Shown: positions 38,962 to 49,436, numbered from the stretch's first letter. The stretch is DNA of 64,000 nucleotides from Minisyncoccia bacterium (GCA_049297775.1 JBAQUX010000017.1:21337-85336); one strand, 5' to 3'. The notes: generated by a model not told the origin, from the letters alone. Made by a program: numbers and translations.

Positions 38962-40281
38962 ATGAACGAACAACTCGCGCGCATAGGTATATATGCTTTT
39001 TTTATCGGTAACGTCTGTACAATTATTTTTTTGTGGTGGAGCGGTTCAAGCTCACTTTTTCTTGCAGATACACCTGGAGCCCTAGTCTCACTCGGACGAC
39101 TGACGGGACTCATGGCACAAGCATGTCTCCTACTCCAAATTATATTGATTGCACGTGTAAAGTTTATTGAGCGTTTTTTTGGAAACGACAAAATGAATAC
39201 AGTACATCGCTGGCTCGGCTTTTCTCTCTTAGGATTTTTTCTTGCACATCCATTCTTCCTGGTACTTGGGTACGCATATAAAAATGAAGCTACGCTGGCG
39301 CATCAGTTTGTAGAGTTCCTCACTGACTGGCATGACGTTGCAAATGCGCTCCTTGCTGTAATTATTTTTATAATTGTTGGCATAAGTTCGCTTAAAATCA
39401 TCCGAAGTCGTGTACGTTACGAAACATGGTATCTAACTCATTTTCTTACCTATCTTGCTATTTTTCTTGCATTTGATCACCAGACTAAATTTGGTACGGT
39501 AAGTGATGGCGCACCACTCTACTACTGGCTCACACTTAACTTTGGCATTGGTGGCCTCTTCTTACTCTACCGATGGATTCGTCCGCTCTACCGCGGGTGG
39601 TACCACAAATTTTCTATTTCAAAAATCGTAAAGGAGAACGATACCATTACGTCAGTACATATTACCGGAAACGATCTCGCTTCATTCACGTTCGAAGCAG
39701 GACAATATGCAACGCTTCGCTTTCACCAAAAAGGGTTCTTCTTCCCCCACCCTTTTTCTTTTTCAAAGGCATATGACGGAACAGAGCTTCGTTTCTCTAT
39801 AAAAAATCTTGGCGACTTCACCAGTAAAATTCCAACACTTGCTGTTGGTACTCGAGTCACACTTGGAGGACCGCTTGGAAAATTTACGCGTGCATCTCGT
39901 AAAAAAAATAAAATTCTCTTAATCGCTGGCGGTGTTGGGATAACACCTATTCGCGCACTTGCTGAAGACTGTTCAAAAAATGGCGATGATGTGGTGGTTC
40001 TCTACTCGGCGCGAACTAAGGCAGACCTAGCGCTCAGCGCAGAGATGCGTGCCATGCCTCTACGCTTAGTATGTTTTTGTAGCGATGCAACACCAGAAGA
40101 TGGCGCAGGGTTTGTAAATGGCTTCCTTGACGGAAATGCTATAGAGAAGGCAGTACCAGACTTTTTGGAACGTGATGCATTTGTATGTGGCCCAGGACCA
40201 ATGATGGAAGCCATGATAACAGCTCTAAAAGACCGCGGAGTACACAAAGAGAACATTCACTTCGAGCGCTTTGCTTACTAG
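38962..40281 (+). CDS. NOX/ferric-reductase-family membrane flavocytochrome (bis-heme TM domain plus FAD/NAD(P)H domain)
   Basis: Two His pairs spaced 13-14 residues apart in TM helices (HRWLGFSLLGFFLAH; HFLTYLAIFLAFDH); HPFS FAD motif; GGVGITP NAD(P)H motif; CGPGPM. Confidence 0.8.
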   Translation: MNEQLARIGIYAFFIGNVCTIIFLWWSGSSSLFLADTPGALVSLGRLTGLMAQACLLLQIILIARVKFIERFFGNDKMNTVHRWLGFSLLGFFLAHPFFLVLGYAYKNEATLAHQFVEFLTDWHDVANALLAVIIFIIVGISSLKIIRSRVRYETWYLTHFLTYLAIFLAFDHQTKFGTVSDGAPLYYWLTLNFGIGGLFLLYRWIRPLYRGWYHKFSISKIVKENDTITSVHITGNDLASFTFEAGQYATLRFHQKGFFFPHPFSFSKAYDGTELRFSIKNLGDFTSKIPTLAVGTRVTLGGPLGKFTRASRKKNKILLIAGGVGITPIRALAEDCSKNGDDVVVLYSARTKADLALSAEMRAMPLRLVCFCSDATPEDGAGFVNGFLDGNAIEKAVPDFLERDAFVCGPGPMMEAMITALKDRGVHKENIHFERFAY

Positions 40282-40287
40282 CGCCAA

Positions 40288-41943
40288 TTAGACTCTCCTG
40301 TCTATATGCTTTAAAGATTCTTCCCAGGTGCCACCTACCTTCTTCCCTGGGTTAAAAATACCGAGAGGGTCAAATATAGATTTTGTTTCTTTGAATAGTT
40401 CAATCATCTGAGAGCTAAACATCATATGTAGAAATGGTGTACGTACTAATCCGTCATTGTGCTCACCTGAGATTGAACCATTAAATTCATGGATGAGTTC
40501 ATACACTTTTTCTGACAGTTCCTTGATGGTCTGAATTGAAACATCATCATGCAATTTCATAAGTGGTATGACATGTAAATTTCCATCACCTACGTGTCCT
40601 GCAATCGTGTAGATAAGCTTGTACGAATCGAGTAATTTTTCAAAACGAGGCATAAATGCTGGAAAATCCTTTGCATGTATAACCACATCTTCAATAAATG
40701 GTGCCGTGCGTAAACCCTTGAGCTTTGAGCGCAGTAAGTTGAAGCTCTCTCGTCTGAATGTCCAGTATTTTTGTGCTTCCCGTTCTGTGGTGATGCGTCG
40801 TACTGAAACACCTGGGTGTGTTTTCTTAAGTTCAGAAAGCGCGCTATATGCAGCGGATACTTCTGCTTCTACCTCAGCTTCGGTGGTTCCCGTAAATTCT
40901 GCGAGGAGTACCACTTTTGGTATACCACCGGTGAGAACCATGAGAAACTCTGGAATAAATTGTATACCCAGAGAAATAATATTTCCTCCCATACGCTTTG
41001 CAATATCGAAAAAGAAACGCATCGCGATTTTAAAGGTGTGGTCATCAAATAACTCAAAACTTTCTGGTGTATGTGCAAGCACTGCTTCGGTTACGGCAGG
41101 AATGAGAGATACGTCTTTCACCATCACTACCATCATCTTTGAAACAGGAGTAACTGGCACGAGTCCAATTTTCATTTTCGTGACCATACCCAAGGTCCCC
41201 TGTGCTCCACAAATGAGCTTTGATAGATCGAGTGTATCCGTAGCTTTGTCATACACTTCCCACAAATAATATCCCGACGAGTTCTTGCTTACGGTTGGGC
41301 GAGCATGTTCAATTTCTTCCGCATGCTTCTGTATCAATGCGTAGATTGCACGATGGATATCGCCAAAAAAGGTCGTGTCATTTTCTAAAATATTTTTTAA
41401 TTCGATACCAGAAAAAGCCTTAAATAGGTACTCATTCCCATCTGCGCATACCATTGAGACTTCACGCACATAGTTAAGTGTTTTACCATAACGCAATGTT
41501 TTTTCACCGCCGGAGTTATTATTTAAAATACCACCGAGCGCACATAATTCGCGCGATGCTGGATAACTTGCAAATATAAGTCCTTTTTTTAATGTTTCTT
41601 TTTCTAGGTCTCGGTAATAACAGCCCGGCTCAACAACTGCATAGTCTGGACCGATTTCATGAATCGCATGTAAATATTTTGTGCACGAAAGTACTACTGA
41701 GTCGGTAAGTGGTCCCCCAGACATATCTGTTCCTGCTGAGCGAGCGGTAAGCGATATTTTTGCGTCTCCCGCGATGCGTTCACTTCTCACCGCACGGACA
41801 ACGGCACAGACATCAGCGCTATTTTTTGGCTCTATAACCTCTGCGGGCGTAATTTCAAAAATACTTGCATCATGCGCAAATTGCGCAAGCACTTCGGGTG
41901 CACTACTTCGCGTACCTTCTAAAGTTAGATTTTTTAATGACAT
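40288..41943 (-). CDS. FAD-linked oxidase, second paralogue (PCMH-type)
   Basis: FAD_binding_4 pattern (RSAGTDMSGGPLT..CALGGILNNNSGG); start at MSLKNL (ORF open to 42015). Confidence 0.72.
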   Translation of the reverse strand: MSLKNLTLEGTRSSAPEVLAQFAHDASIFEITPAEVIEPKNSADVCAVVRAVRSERIAGDAKISLTARSAGTDMSGGPLTDSVVLSCTKYLHAIHEIGPDYAVVEPGCYYRDLEKETLKKGLIFASYPASRELCALGGILNNNSGGEKTLRYGKTLNYVREVSMVCADGNEYLFKAFSGIELKNILENDTTFFGDIHRAIYALIQKHAEEIEHARPTVSKNSSGYYLWEVYDKATDTLDLSKLICGAQGTLGMVTKMKIGLVPVTPVSKMMVVMVKDVSLIPAVTEAVLAHTPESFELFDDHTFKIAMRFFFDIAKRMGGNIISLGIQFIPEFLMVLTGGIPKVVLLAEFTGTTEAEVEAEVSAAYSALSELKKTHPGVSVRRITTEREAQKYWTFRRESFNLLRSKLKGLRTAPFIEDVVIHAKDFPAFMPRFEKLLDSYKLIYTIAGHVGDGNLHVIPLMKLHDDVSIQTIKELSEKVYELIHEFNGSISGEHNDGLVRTPFLHMMFSSQMIELFKETKSIFDPLGIFNPGKKVGGTWEESLKHIDRRV

Positions 41944-42070
41944 ATAGATTATTTTATCATGTGTTTTGCGCATTACTCTACGATAAATGTAGATACTGAA
42001 ATACGAATGCGCCACGCCTTTGTCCCTGAGTAGCGCAAGTGGGCTCAGATACGTATACTAACGACACGCT

Positions 42071-43378
42071 ATGTCACTCACTCACAGTACAAAAATTTGG
42101 GATGTAATCGTTATAGGTGGTGGACCAGCCGGGATGACGGCCGCTGCAGAAGCTGCCGCACTGGGCGCATCTGTGCTCTTACTTGAGAAGAACCCAAAGT
42201 TGGGTAAAAAACTACTCATTACCGGTGGCGGTCGTTGCAATGTCACCAATGCAGAGACAGACACACGTACATTACTCTCAAAATATAAAGACGCTCATAA
42301 ATTTCTCTACTCACCCTTTTCACAATGGAACGTTACTGATACCCTCACGTATTTTACTTCTCGTGGAATGGCAATTAAGGAAGAGAACGAAAAGCGTATC
42401 TTCCCTGTAAGTGACACTGCACAATCAGTATGGGACGTACTTGTGGCACACATGAAAGAAACAGGAGTGCGCATTCGACATACTGGAGTAAAGCAATTAA
42501 AAATAGTTCGAGGAAAGGTTACCGCAGTGCAGTTGGTGAACGGTGAGGAAATTCAAGCCCGCACCTATATTATTGCAACGGGCGGAACTTCACATCCAGA
42601 AACTGGGTCAACCGGTGACGCATATGCGTGGTTACAAAAACTCGGACATACGGTACATACACCATCACTAGCACTCGTACCTGTAGCACTCAAAGATGCA
42701 TGGATAAAAAAGTTACAGGGTACGACACTTTCGTCAATACGCATCTCTGTACTTCAAAACGGAAAGGTGTACCACAAAAAGGATGGGCGTGTCTTACTCA
42801 CCCACTTTGGTATTACTGGGCCAACTATTTTAAATCTCAGTAGCGATATCGGAGAACTTTTAAAATATGGCAGTGTCGAACTTGCCCTCGATTTGTTCCC
42901 GACCGAAGACTATGAATCTTTTGATAAACGCGTGATGGGAATAATACGAACAGACGCAAATAAAAAATTAAAAAATGTTCTCGCCACGCTCATTCCTTCA
43001 GGCGCCACTACCGCATTCATGGGACTCGCAAATATTCCAGAGGATAGTGTCTGTAATTCAGTCACCAGAGATGAACGGAGACGACTCACCCACATTTTAA
43101 AAAAAATACCTTTAACCGTTTCAGGACTACTGGGTACTGACAAGGCTGTCGTTTCAAATGGCGGCCTTGATTTGCACGAGGTAGACACTCGTACGATGCA
43201 ATCGCGTCATCATCCGACCGTCTTTGTAATTGGTGACATGCTCAATATCGATAGACCTTCTGGTGGATACAGCCTTCAATTGTGTTGGACTACTGGAGTT
43301 GTTGCTGGTCGCGCTGCTGCACAGCTTTCTTTGCATCCTGAATCTCATCAAACAGACGCACCAAAAACCAAAGCGTAA
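42071..43378 (+). CDS. HI0933/BaiN-family NAD(P)/FAD-dependent flavoprotein
   Basis: VIVIGGGPAGMTAA dinucleotide motif and TGGGRCNVTN signature of the HI0933 family. Confidence 0.8.
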   Translation: MSLTHSTKIWDVIVIGGGPAGMTAAAEAAALGASVLLLEKNPKLGKKLLITGGGRCNVTNAETDTRTLLSKYKDAHKFLYSPFSQWNVTDTLTYFTSRGMAIKEENEKRIFPVSDTAQSVWDVLVAHMKETGVRIRHTGVKQLKIVRGKVTAVQLVNGEEIQARTYIIATGGTSHPETGSTGDAYAWLQKLGHTVHTPSLALVPVALKDAWIKKLQGTTLSSIRISVLQNGKVYHKKDGRVLLTHFGITGPTILNLSSDIGELLKYGSVELALDLFPTEDYESFDKRVMGIIRTDANKKLKNVLATLIPSGATTAFMGLANIPEDSVCNSVTRDERRRLTHILKKIPLTVSGLLGTDKAVVSNGGLDLHEVDTRTMQSRHHPTVFVIGDMLNIDRPSGGYSLQLCWTTGVVAGRAAAQLSLHPESHQTDAPKTKA

Positions 43379-44024
43379 GCGCCGACAGAACAAAAGTCCA
43401 TGAAAACATAAGCGGTATTGCGCGTTCACCTAAAAGAGATACCACTACTCCCCAAAAGCTACACCATGCAACAGTAGCCATGAGCCCAATACTTAAAAAA
43501 CGAATTGTGGGCATCTGTAAAATTCCTGCAGCAGTTGCAGTAAATGAACCAAGACCAGGATTCCAAAAACTCAGAAACAGCGCGCGCTCACCACGCTGTT
43601 CAAGATTCTTCTTCGCATCATCTAATTGTTGTCGTAACCCCAATTTCAGAAAAATGGTATACCATCCATATTTACCCAACAAAAAACTGCAGATGTACCC
43701 CATATATAAACCGACAGCAACGACGCATACAGATATAACAGCAACGAGTGTTGTAGGCGCAGTGATGACAGATATAAAAATCAAAAAACTTCCTGGAAAG
43801 TACCAGCCGATAACAAGTAGTGCCTCGAAGAACGAACCTACAAGTATTAACGGTAGACCATACTGCTGTATGTACTTTGTAAGCATCGCTATCTCTCCAC
43901 TTTGCTCAGGCATACCGAGCAATAGCCATACTACACGGAGTGAAATAACTACAAGCAGTGCATATACAGGCAATCGTACCGCGCTCAAGACTCTTTCTTT
44001 CGTTATAAATTGTAAATAGTGCAT
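43290..44024 (-). CDS. DedA/TVP38-family membrane protein
   Basis: DedA signature region (GSFFEALLVIGWYFPGSFLIF); convergent 89-nt overlap with the 3' end of 42071..43378. Confidence 0.65.
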   Translation of the reverse strand: MHYLQFITKERVLSAVRLPVYALLVVISLRVVWLLLGMPEQSGEIAMLTKYIQQYGLPLILVGSFFEALLVIGWYFPGSFLIFISVITAPTTLVAVISVCVVAVGLYMGYICSFLLGKYGWYTIFLKLGLRQQLDDAKKNLEQRGERALFLSFWNPGLGSFTATAAGILQMPTIRFLSIGLMATVAWCSFWGVVVSLLGERAIPLMFSWTFVLSALTLWFLVRLFDEIQDAKKAVQQRDQQQLQ

Positions 44025-44025
44025 G

Positions 44026-44715
44026 TTATTTCTTTATTTTCTCTGTCCGCTCTACAATCTTTTTTTTCTGCGCAATGGGAGCTGTATCAAGTGACCGCCA
44101 TAAATACAACGCAGCGACACTCCGATAGGGTGCAAATGGAAGTCCTGCTTTCATAAACATTTTCTCTTTCTTCTTTCCTTTGAGTCGTTTACTTTTTTTC
44201 TCCACTTCTGGGTAATGCATCTCTAATGCACGCTGAATACCTAAATCCCCCGTTGGCCAAATATCCGGCATTTCCAAATGAAACAATGCAAACATGTGTA
44301 TGGTCCAATGACCGATACCAGGAACAGCAATAAGCGCCGTATGAATCTCATCAAATGTATGTGTGGCAAAATAACTGTCTGAAATATGTGCATCAATGAA
44401 CCATTGCGCGAGCGCTTTACAGTAGGTTGTTTTTTGTGCGGAGAGACCAGCACTTCGTAAGGTAGTGGTATCTAAGGCAGCAACACATTCTGGTGTTACC
44501 TCACCACCACACACCTCTCCTACCCTTTTCCAGACACTTGCAGCTGCAGATGTAGAAATTTGCTGACCAACGATTGAGCGCGTGAGCGCCTGGAAGGAAG
44601 TTCTTTGCTCTCGTTCTTCTATTTCAATTTTTGAACTGAGTATCTTGGCAAATACTGCATCACTTTTTTTTAGATGTTGTAGTGCGTCGTTCCAATAGTC
44701 TTTACGAGAGTGCAT
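44026..44715 (-). CDS. HhH-GPD DNA glycosylase (AlkA-like 3-methyladenine glycosylase II)
   Basis: Helix-hairpin-helix GPD motif (VPGIGHWTIHMF..D) with catalytic Asp; start at MHSRKDY. Confidence 0.75.
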   Translation of the reverse strand: MHSRKDYWNDALQHLKKSDAVFAKILSSKIEIEEREQRTSFQALTRSIVGQQISTSAAASVWKRVGEVCGGEVTPECVAALDTTTLRSAGLSAQKTTYCKALAQWFIDAHISDSYFATHTFDEIHTALIAVPGIGHWTIHMFALFHLEMPDIWPTGDLGIQRALEMHYPEVEKKSKRLKGKKKEKMFMKAGLPFAPYRSVAALYLWRSLDTAPIAQKKKIVERTEKIKK

Positions 44716-44716
44716 A

Positions 44717-45496
44717 TTATTTTTTAGGGAACCACGGAACAAACATGCTTGTCCGAGCGGCATACACCTCCCACTCTGGCACTCCTTTAAAATGCGCCTC
44801 GAGCAGTGGTACTCCAGAAACTTTGAGCAAGAGAGTGGTAATAAGCATAGGACTAATAAACACTACGTACGAAAATATGCCGAGAGGAGAAACCGCCCAG
44901 GCAGCAAGAGCCATGCCCCACCATATAAGTGATTCTCCAAAATAATTTGGGTGTCGTGAGTACTTCCACAAACCAGTAGTGAGTATTTTCTCCGTGCGAT
45001 TCTTTGTGCTTAAAAATACATCGAGCTGGTAGTCAGCCACAACTTCACAGATGTATCCGCAAATAACACCTGCAACACCAACAAAAAAGAGTACTGGCAG
45101 TGTGTCACTGAATACGGTCAGATTAGTCATGATGAGTGGCAATGATACAAGGCTGATGACGACACCTTGCAACATATAAATCTGAAAAAAGCTTCGCAGT
45201 GCAAAATTTCTTCCCCATGCCTCTCGCCATGCACGGTAGCGAAAGTCTTCAGTCTTTCCTCTATTTTTTAAGTAAATTCTTGCAGAGAGTCGCACTCCCC
45301 AAAAAATTGATAGCACCGTGAGTATGCATGCAGGTTCGTACTGGAAGCCAAAAAAGTGCGTGGATATCGCGAGTAGCACCACGCCTCCGCCATATGCGAT
45401 GTCTGCCACACCATTATCGGACCGTACCAGTGATACTACATATGCACCACACATATAGATACAAAGAATGGTGCCGGCAATCAGTGCTGAAGTCAT
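44717..45496 (-). CDS. DUF1295 / steroid-5-alpha-reductase-like membrane protein
   Basis: [15 protein letters not shown] motif characteristic of the DUF1295/ICMT-like family; multiple TM helices. Confidence 0.65.
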   Translation of the reverse strand: MTSALIAGTILCIYMCGAYVVSLVRSDNGVADIAYGGGVVLLAISTHFFGFQYEPACILTVLSIFWGVRLSARIYLKNRGKTEDFRYRAWREAWGRNFALRSFFQIYMLQGVVISLVSLPLIMTNLTVFSDTLPVLFFVGVAGVICGYICEVVADYQLDVFLSTKNRTEKILTTGLWKYSRHPNYFGESLIWWGMALAAWAVSPLGIFSYVVFISPMLITTLLLKVSGVPLLEAHFKGVPEWEVYAARTSMFVPWFPKK

Positions 45497-45499
45497 AGA

Positions 45500-45910
45500 T
45501 TACAAATGAAGAAAGTTCTTCCCAATGAGAAAGCTTACGGATGCGACGGTTCCTGAAAGGACCATACCCCAGAGTATGTCTATGACAGTGATGGTAAGTG
45601 GCCAATCACGCAGTGTCGCTAAGTTGGTAAGGTCGTATGTTGCATACGTAAAAAAACCAAATAACGCTCCATATATAATGGCGCTCTTCAGAGAACCCTC
45701 ATGCAACGCTGGAATGACCGCGAAATATAAAAGCCCAACTAAGAAAATGAAGTAAAAGAGAAACGCTGCGCTCCAAAGAATTGGCGTGCGCATTAAGTGC
45801 CCAAGGTATTGTACATATGTTGTCCGTGCAACTACCCCAAGCCACAGCATATCTACTGCAAAAAAGACCGGCACCGTTGCGAGATATAAATATATATATG
45901 AGAGAGTCAT
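45500..45910 (-). CDS. Hypothetical 4-TM membrane protein (DUF2177-like)
   Basis: 136 codons, four hydrophobic helices, in an operon with neighbours. Confidence 0.5.
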   Translation of the reverse strand: MTLSYIYLYLATVPVFFAVDMLWLGVVARTTYVQYLGHLMRTPILWSAAFLFYFIFLVGLLYFAVIPALHEGSLKSAIIYGALFGFFTYATYDLTNLATLRDWPLTITVIDILWGMVLSGTVASVSFLIGKNFLHL

Positions 45911-46596
45911 TACATCTTTGTAACAGTCAGTGAGTCTATATGCAAGAGAGAGCCATCTTGACCGAGATTGATGAATACTACTTTTGTAGGATTATGGGCA
46001 AAAACTTGGAAAAATCGTTGTCCATTCGCAGAAACGCCATATTCACCACATTCATCTTCTGGGACTTCTGCACGCTCGTTTGATGCCTCCATGCGAGCCT
46101 GGCGTGCACCAGTTGGTACAATTTCAAACACATCAAACAGCGCTGACGATTGCGCCACATTTTTTTCCATCACACATTCTGTCGCTGGTACACCAAGTAC
46201 CTGTAGTCGTGCAAGGATAGAATCCATGTCCTCATCTACCCCTTTAGTAAACACTTCAAGCTCACGAGAAAAAACTTTTTTATTGTTCGTCAGATTAAAC
46301 CCAGCAAATGTTCCCTGTTCATGATCCCAGATATCTGCACCATAAATACATTTTTCTGCCCAGATACCAACGCCAGAGATTTCTTTCCAGACCCATGTAC
46401 ATCGCTCATCAGAGTTAAAGACAGGCTGTGGAGGCCGTACCAGTCCCATTACCTCAGGAGACTCTATCTGTGGGGTCACGGTTGTTGGTGACTCAGTTTT
46501 TTCTTGACTTAAACTACGCACGAGAGTAATGCCAAGTGCGATAACCACTAATGCACCTGCGATAATAACTGAGTACGATACTTTGTTGAGATTCAT
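45910..46596 (-). CDS. Hypothetical secreted/membrane-anchored protein
   Basis: N-terminal TM/signal segment, 228 codons. Confidence 0.5.
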   Translation of the reverse strand: MNLNKVSYSVIIAGALVVIALGITLVRSLSQEKTESPTTVTPQIESPEVMGLVRPPQPVFNSDERCTWVWKEISGVGIWAEKCIYGADIWDHEQGTFAGFNLTNNKKVFSRELEVFTKGVDEDMDSILARLQVLGVPATECVMEKNVAQSSALFDVFEIVPTGARQARMEASNERAEVPEDECGEYGVSANGQRFFQVFAHNPTKVVFINLGQDGSLLHIDSLTVTKM

Positions 46597-46654
46597 GATA
46601 CGTAAAGTATATCATGTACGTGCAGACAGCAATGTAACACTGTAGAATACGCGC

Positions 46655-47308
46655 ATGTTTCATTCTATAACCACACTTTTATTTGATATTGACGGCACCT
46701 TGCTTGATACGAGCGAATTTATTATCCAAGCATACGAACATACGTTTAAAGCACACGGGCTACCGGCACCTTCGCGAGATGTGATACGAAAAAGCATCGG
46801 AAAACCTTTGACAGAGTGCTACCAGTCCTTCGTTCCAGAACAGAAAAAAGATGCGCAAGTGTTTGCAGAAACGCATAGACAATTCCAACTCAACAACTTA
46901 CAGCTTTCACAGCCATTCCCTCACACGCACGCGACACTTACACAGTTACGCGACGCCGGATTTAAAATGTCTGCCTGTACTACACGTTCGAAAACTACTG
47001 CCCTAGACACGTTGCGAAATGCCGGACTTTTAGAATATTTTGAGGTGGTTCTTTGTCTTGAGGATACATCCCTTTTAAAACCACACCCCGAACCGTTATT
47101 AAAAGCGCTCGCCCATATGCACAAAAAAACAACTGACGCGGTCATGATTGGCGATTCGCATGTTGATGTGGTCGCAGGAAAAAATGCAGGTACAAAAACT
47201 ATTCGTGCACTCTACGGCGTAAACCAAGAACATCTGCACAACCCAGAACCAGATGCGAGTATTCACGATATCAGTGAGTTGGTTGCACTACTTCCTGCGC
47301 GTATATAA
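46655..47308 (+). CDS. HAD-family hydrolase (phosphoglycolate phosphatase / PpaX-like)
   Basis: LLFDIDGTLLDT motif I, conserved Thr/Ser motif II, GDSHVDVVAG motif IV. Confidence 0.75.
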   Translation: MFHSITTLLFDIDGTLLDTSEFIIQAYEHTFKAHGLPAPSRDVIRKSIGKPLTECYQSFVPEQKKDAQVFAETHRQFQLNNLQLSQPFPHTHATLTQLRDAGFKMSACTTRSKTTALDTLRNAGLLEYFEVVLCLEDTSLLKPHPEPLLKALAHMHKKTTDAVMIGDSHVDVVAGKNAGTKTIRALYGVNQEHLHNPEPDASIHDISELVALLPARI

Positions 47309-47450
47309 AAGATGGCTCCTCAAGTCGCGATGACGAGAGGAGCCGAGAGACGGAACGAGGGGAACCGGGTAGTCGACGAGCGAAGCTACGATCGGGTAAC
47401 CACGTTACGCGCCAACTAAAAGCCTAGCATTGAGAACTACAAAGTCAAAC

Positions 47451-49436
47451 CTACTCCTCTTCTGTAATTCCTCCGTCCCAATCAGGGTTATAAACTATTT
47501 CCTGTACGTTTTCAGGCCACGGTGGCAAGTTCATTGCAGGGGCGGCTCTGTTGTAGTGACGCTTTGGAGTCTCGGGCTCAAGGATGAGCGACTCTATGAG
47601 TAAGAGTGTTTTCTTTGGATCATCGCTCGGGAATCGGTTGGCACTTGCTCTAATGCTTAACAACTTCATAAATGTTGCCGCCTGTTGTTCAAGGAAAAAT
47701 TCAACATTGTAGTTTGTACGATATGAATCACCAAAGCGCTCACGGACAAAATAATCTACGAGGAGTCTTCCCTGCTCTATGTGCTGTTCAGTATTAATGC
47801 CACTACCGAACAATGCATAGTAGAGACCAAAAACAGAATCGGAAGCTTCTGCCTTTTTTATGATTACTTCAATATCCTCATGCGTCGCCTCTGTCTCACC
47901 TTTCGTTATATCTGGCTGTGTCCGTTCGAGCTTGCCATAAACACGCTTAATTCTATCAAATCGCTTTTTTTCATTGTTAATGTATCTATTGATACGATTT
48001 TCCTTTTTTTCACTTTGCGTCGGATTACTTCCTTTTCGCGGATTTTCTTCAATAAGGCGCCTCAGGAGTCTCCGTCGTGCACCTACTGAAAGTGCTACTC
48101 CTTTCTCCTTTGCCTTATCGAGTGCCTCCTCTAATTGCGCTCGCGCATCGTTCAAAATACGCTCATGTAGTTTTTCTGGTCTGCGCACCACCATATTAAA
48201 AATTACTGACTGCAATTCATAGGTTTCAAAAAGTGGCTTGTCGGTATTACCACATAACTGCTCTGTGCACGGCTCAGTCGCAATCAATGCTTCTGCTTTA
48301 GTATTAAATTTTGAGAGTGCCTTTTCAAACCCATCTGGACTTGAACAACATTCACGCACGATAACATCATGAGGAATATAAGGATACCGCTGTGACAAGT
48401 CGTCGAAATGAACCTTTGTCATAGCGAGCCCCTCCACCACACTATGAGGATACATAAATATCAAATCGCGGAGACGCTCTTCGCTCGTCATCCATGGCAT
48501 CCGCTTACGCTCAGCTTCGTCTTCAGGACAGTATGTCGCTTTTAAATGTTGCCACACGTCTTTATACACTTCAAAGCGCACAAGTACCTGACTTGGATAG
48601 TATTTGAGTACGTGGGAAATTGTGCGCGGATCAAGTGGGTTCGGCTCCCCTTCCATTTTCTTAAATACATCTGCGCCAAAGCCGTATGCATGCGATGCAA
48701 TATTTGCCACATCTTCGATGGGTAAATTCCTCTGCATTGATGCGGTGACCAAAGGAAAAAACTCTGTGGCAAATAGGCGCAACTGTTCAACTGCGTACGC
48801 TTCTTTTGCTTGAGAGAGTTGTGCTGGTGAAAGTTGTGCTGTTTCTGTCTCAGCAATGCCATATTTTTTTGCAGCTCCACCTAACAGCTTTTTATGCAGT
48901 AACTCATGAGGCGTTGGCTGTTCGTCACGATAGAGAATCATGCGCCCGGTCTGGGAGTCCTTTGCTCGCTTTTGTGGATTTTGCACCCATTTTTTCTGCT
49001 CCTCGTTAAGACCGTAGCGATATCTAAATTTCAAAAAGAGCCCGAACCCGAACCAAAAGGCATCACCAATTTTCTTCTCAAATTCTGAGTGAGAAAGATG
49101 TTTTCCATTATATTCATGCTGTACCGTCACTGCCCCTTCTCCATCTCGTACAAAACACTGTTCGTTATAAATGGTTCGTATCGCACGGGTAAATGCCTTC
49201 TTGTAACGTAACCGCAATGCACCAATTTCTGAGTCTCTTCCGGTGTCAGGTGCCGCACGATGACTTTCAATTTTGCCCAAAAGCTCATCGAGAAATGGTC
49301 CGGGCTCTGCTTTTACCACCACCGGGTCCGAATTGCGTCGAGAGCTATCTTCACGCTCAGCGCGCATCACTGCCCTATCTCTCAAAATTGCATGTATTCC
49401 TGGCTTTTCTGCGGTCATTGCATACGAGTATACCAA
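47451..49436 (-). CDS. Hypothetical 661-aa protein (charged, helix-rich; no recognisable family)
   Basis: Long uninterrupted ORF; sits between the core genes and the tRNA-Gln/integrase junction. Confidence 0.55.
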   Translation of the reverse strand: MVYSYAMTAEKPGIHAILRDRAVMRAEREDSSRRNSDPVVVKAEPGPFLDELLGKIESHRAAPDTGRDSEIGALRLRYKKAFTRAIRTIYNEQCFVRDGEGAVTVQHEYNGKHLSHSEFEKKIGDAFWFGFGLFLKFRYRYGLNEEQKKWVQNPQKRAKDSQTGRMILYRDEQPTPHELLHKKLLGGAAKKYGIAETETAQLSPAQLSQAKEAYAVEQLRLFATEFFPLVTASMQRNLPIEDVANIASHAYGFGADVFKKMEGEPNPLDPRTISHVLKYYPSQVLVRFEVYKDVWQHLKATYCPEDEAERKRMPWMTSEERLRDLIFMYPHSVVEGLAMTKVHFDDLSQRYPYIPHDVIVRECCSSPDGFEKALSKFNTKAEALIATEPCTEQLCGNTDKPLFETYELQSVIFNMVVRRPEKLHERILNDARAQLEEALDKAKEKGVALSVGARRRLLRRLIEENPRKGSNPTQSEKKENRINRYINNEKKRFDRIKRVYGKLERTQPDITKGETEATHEDIEVIIKKAEASDSVFGLYYALFGSGINTEQHIEQGRLLVDYFVRERFGDSYRTNYNVEFFLEQQAATFMKLLSIRASANRFPSDDPKKTLLLIESLILEPETPKRHYNRAAPAMNLPPWPENVQEIVYNPDWDGGITEEE

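Noticed and set aside
47309-47450. SRP (4.5S) RNA or tRNA in the GC-rich intergenic segment
   Set aside because: No cloverleaf could be built and the conserved SRP domain-IV GGAAGCAG-like motif is absent. It is kept only as a low-interest hairpin-containing region.
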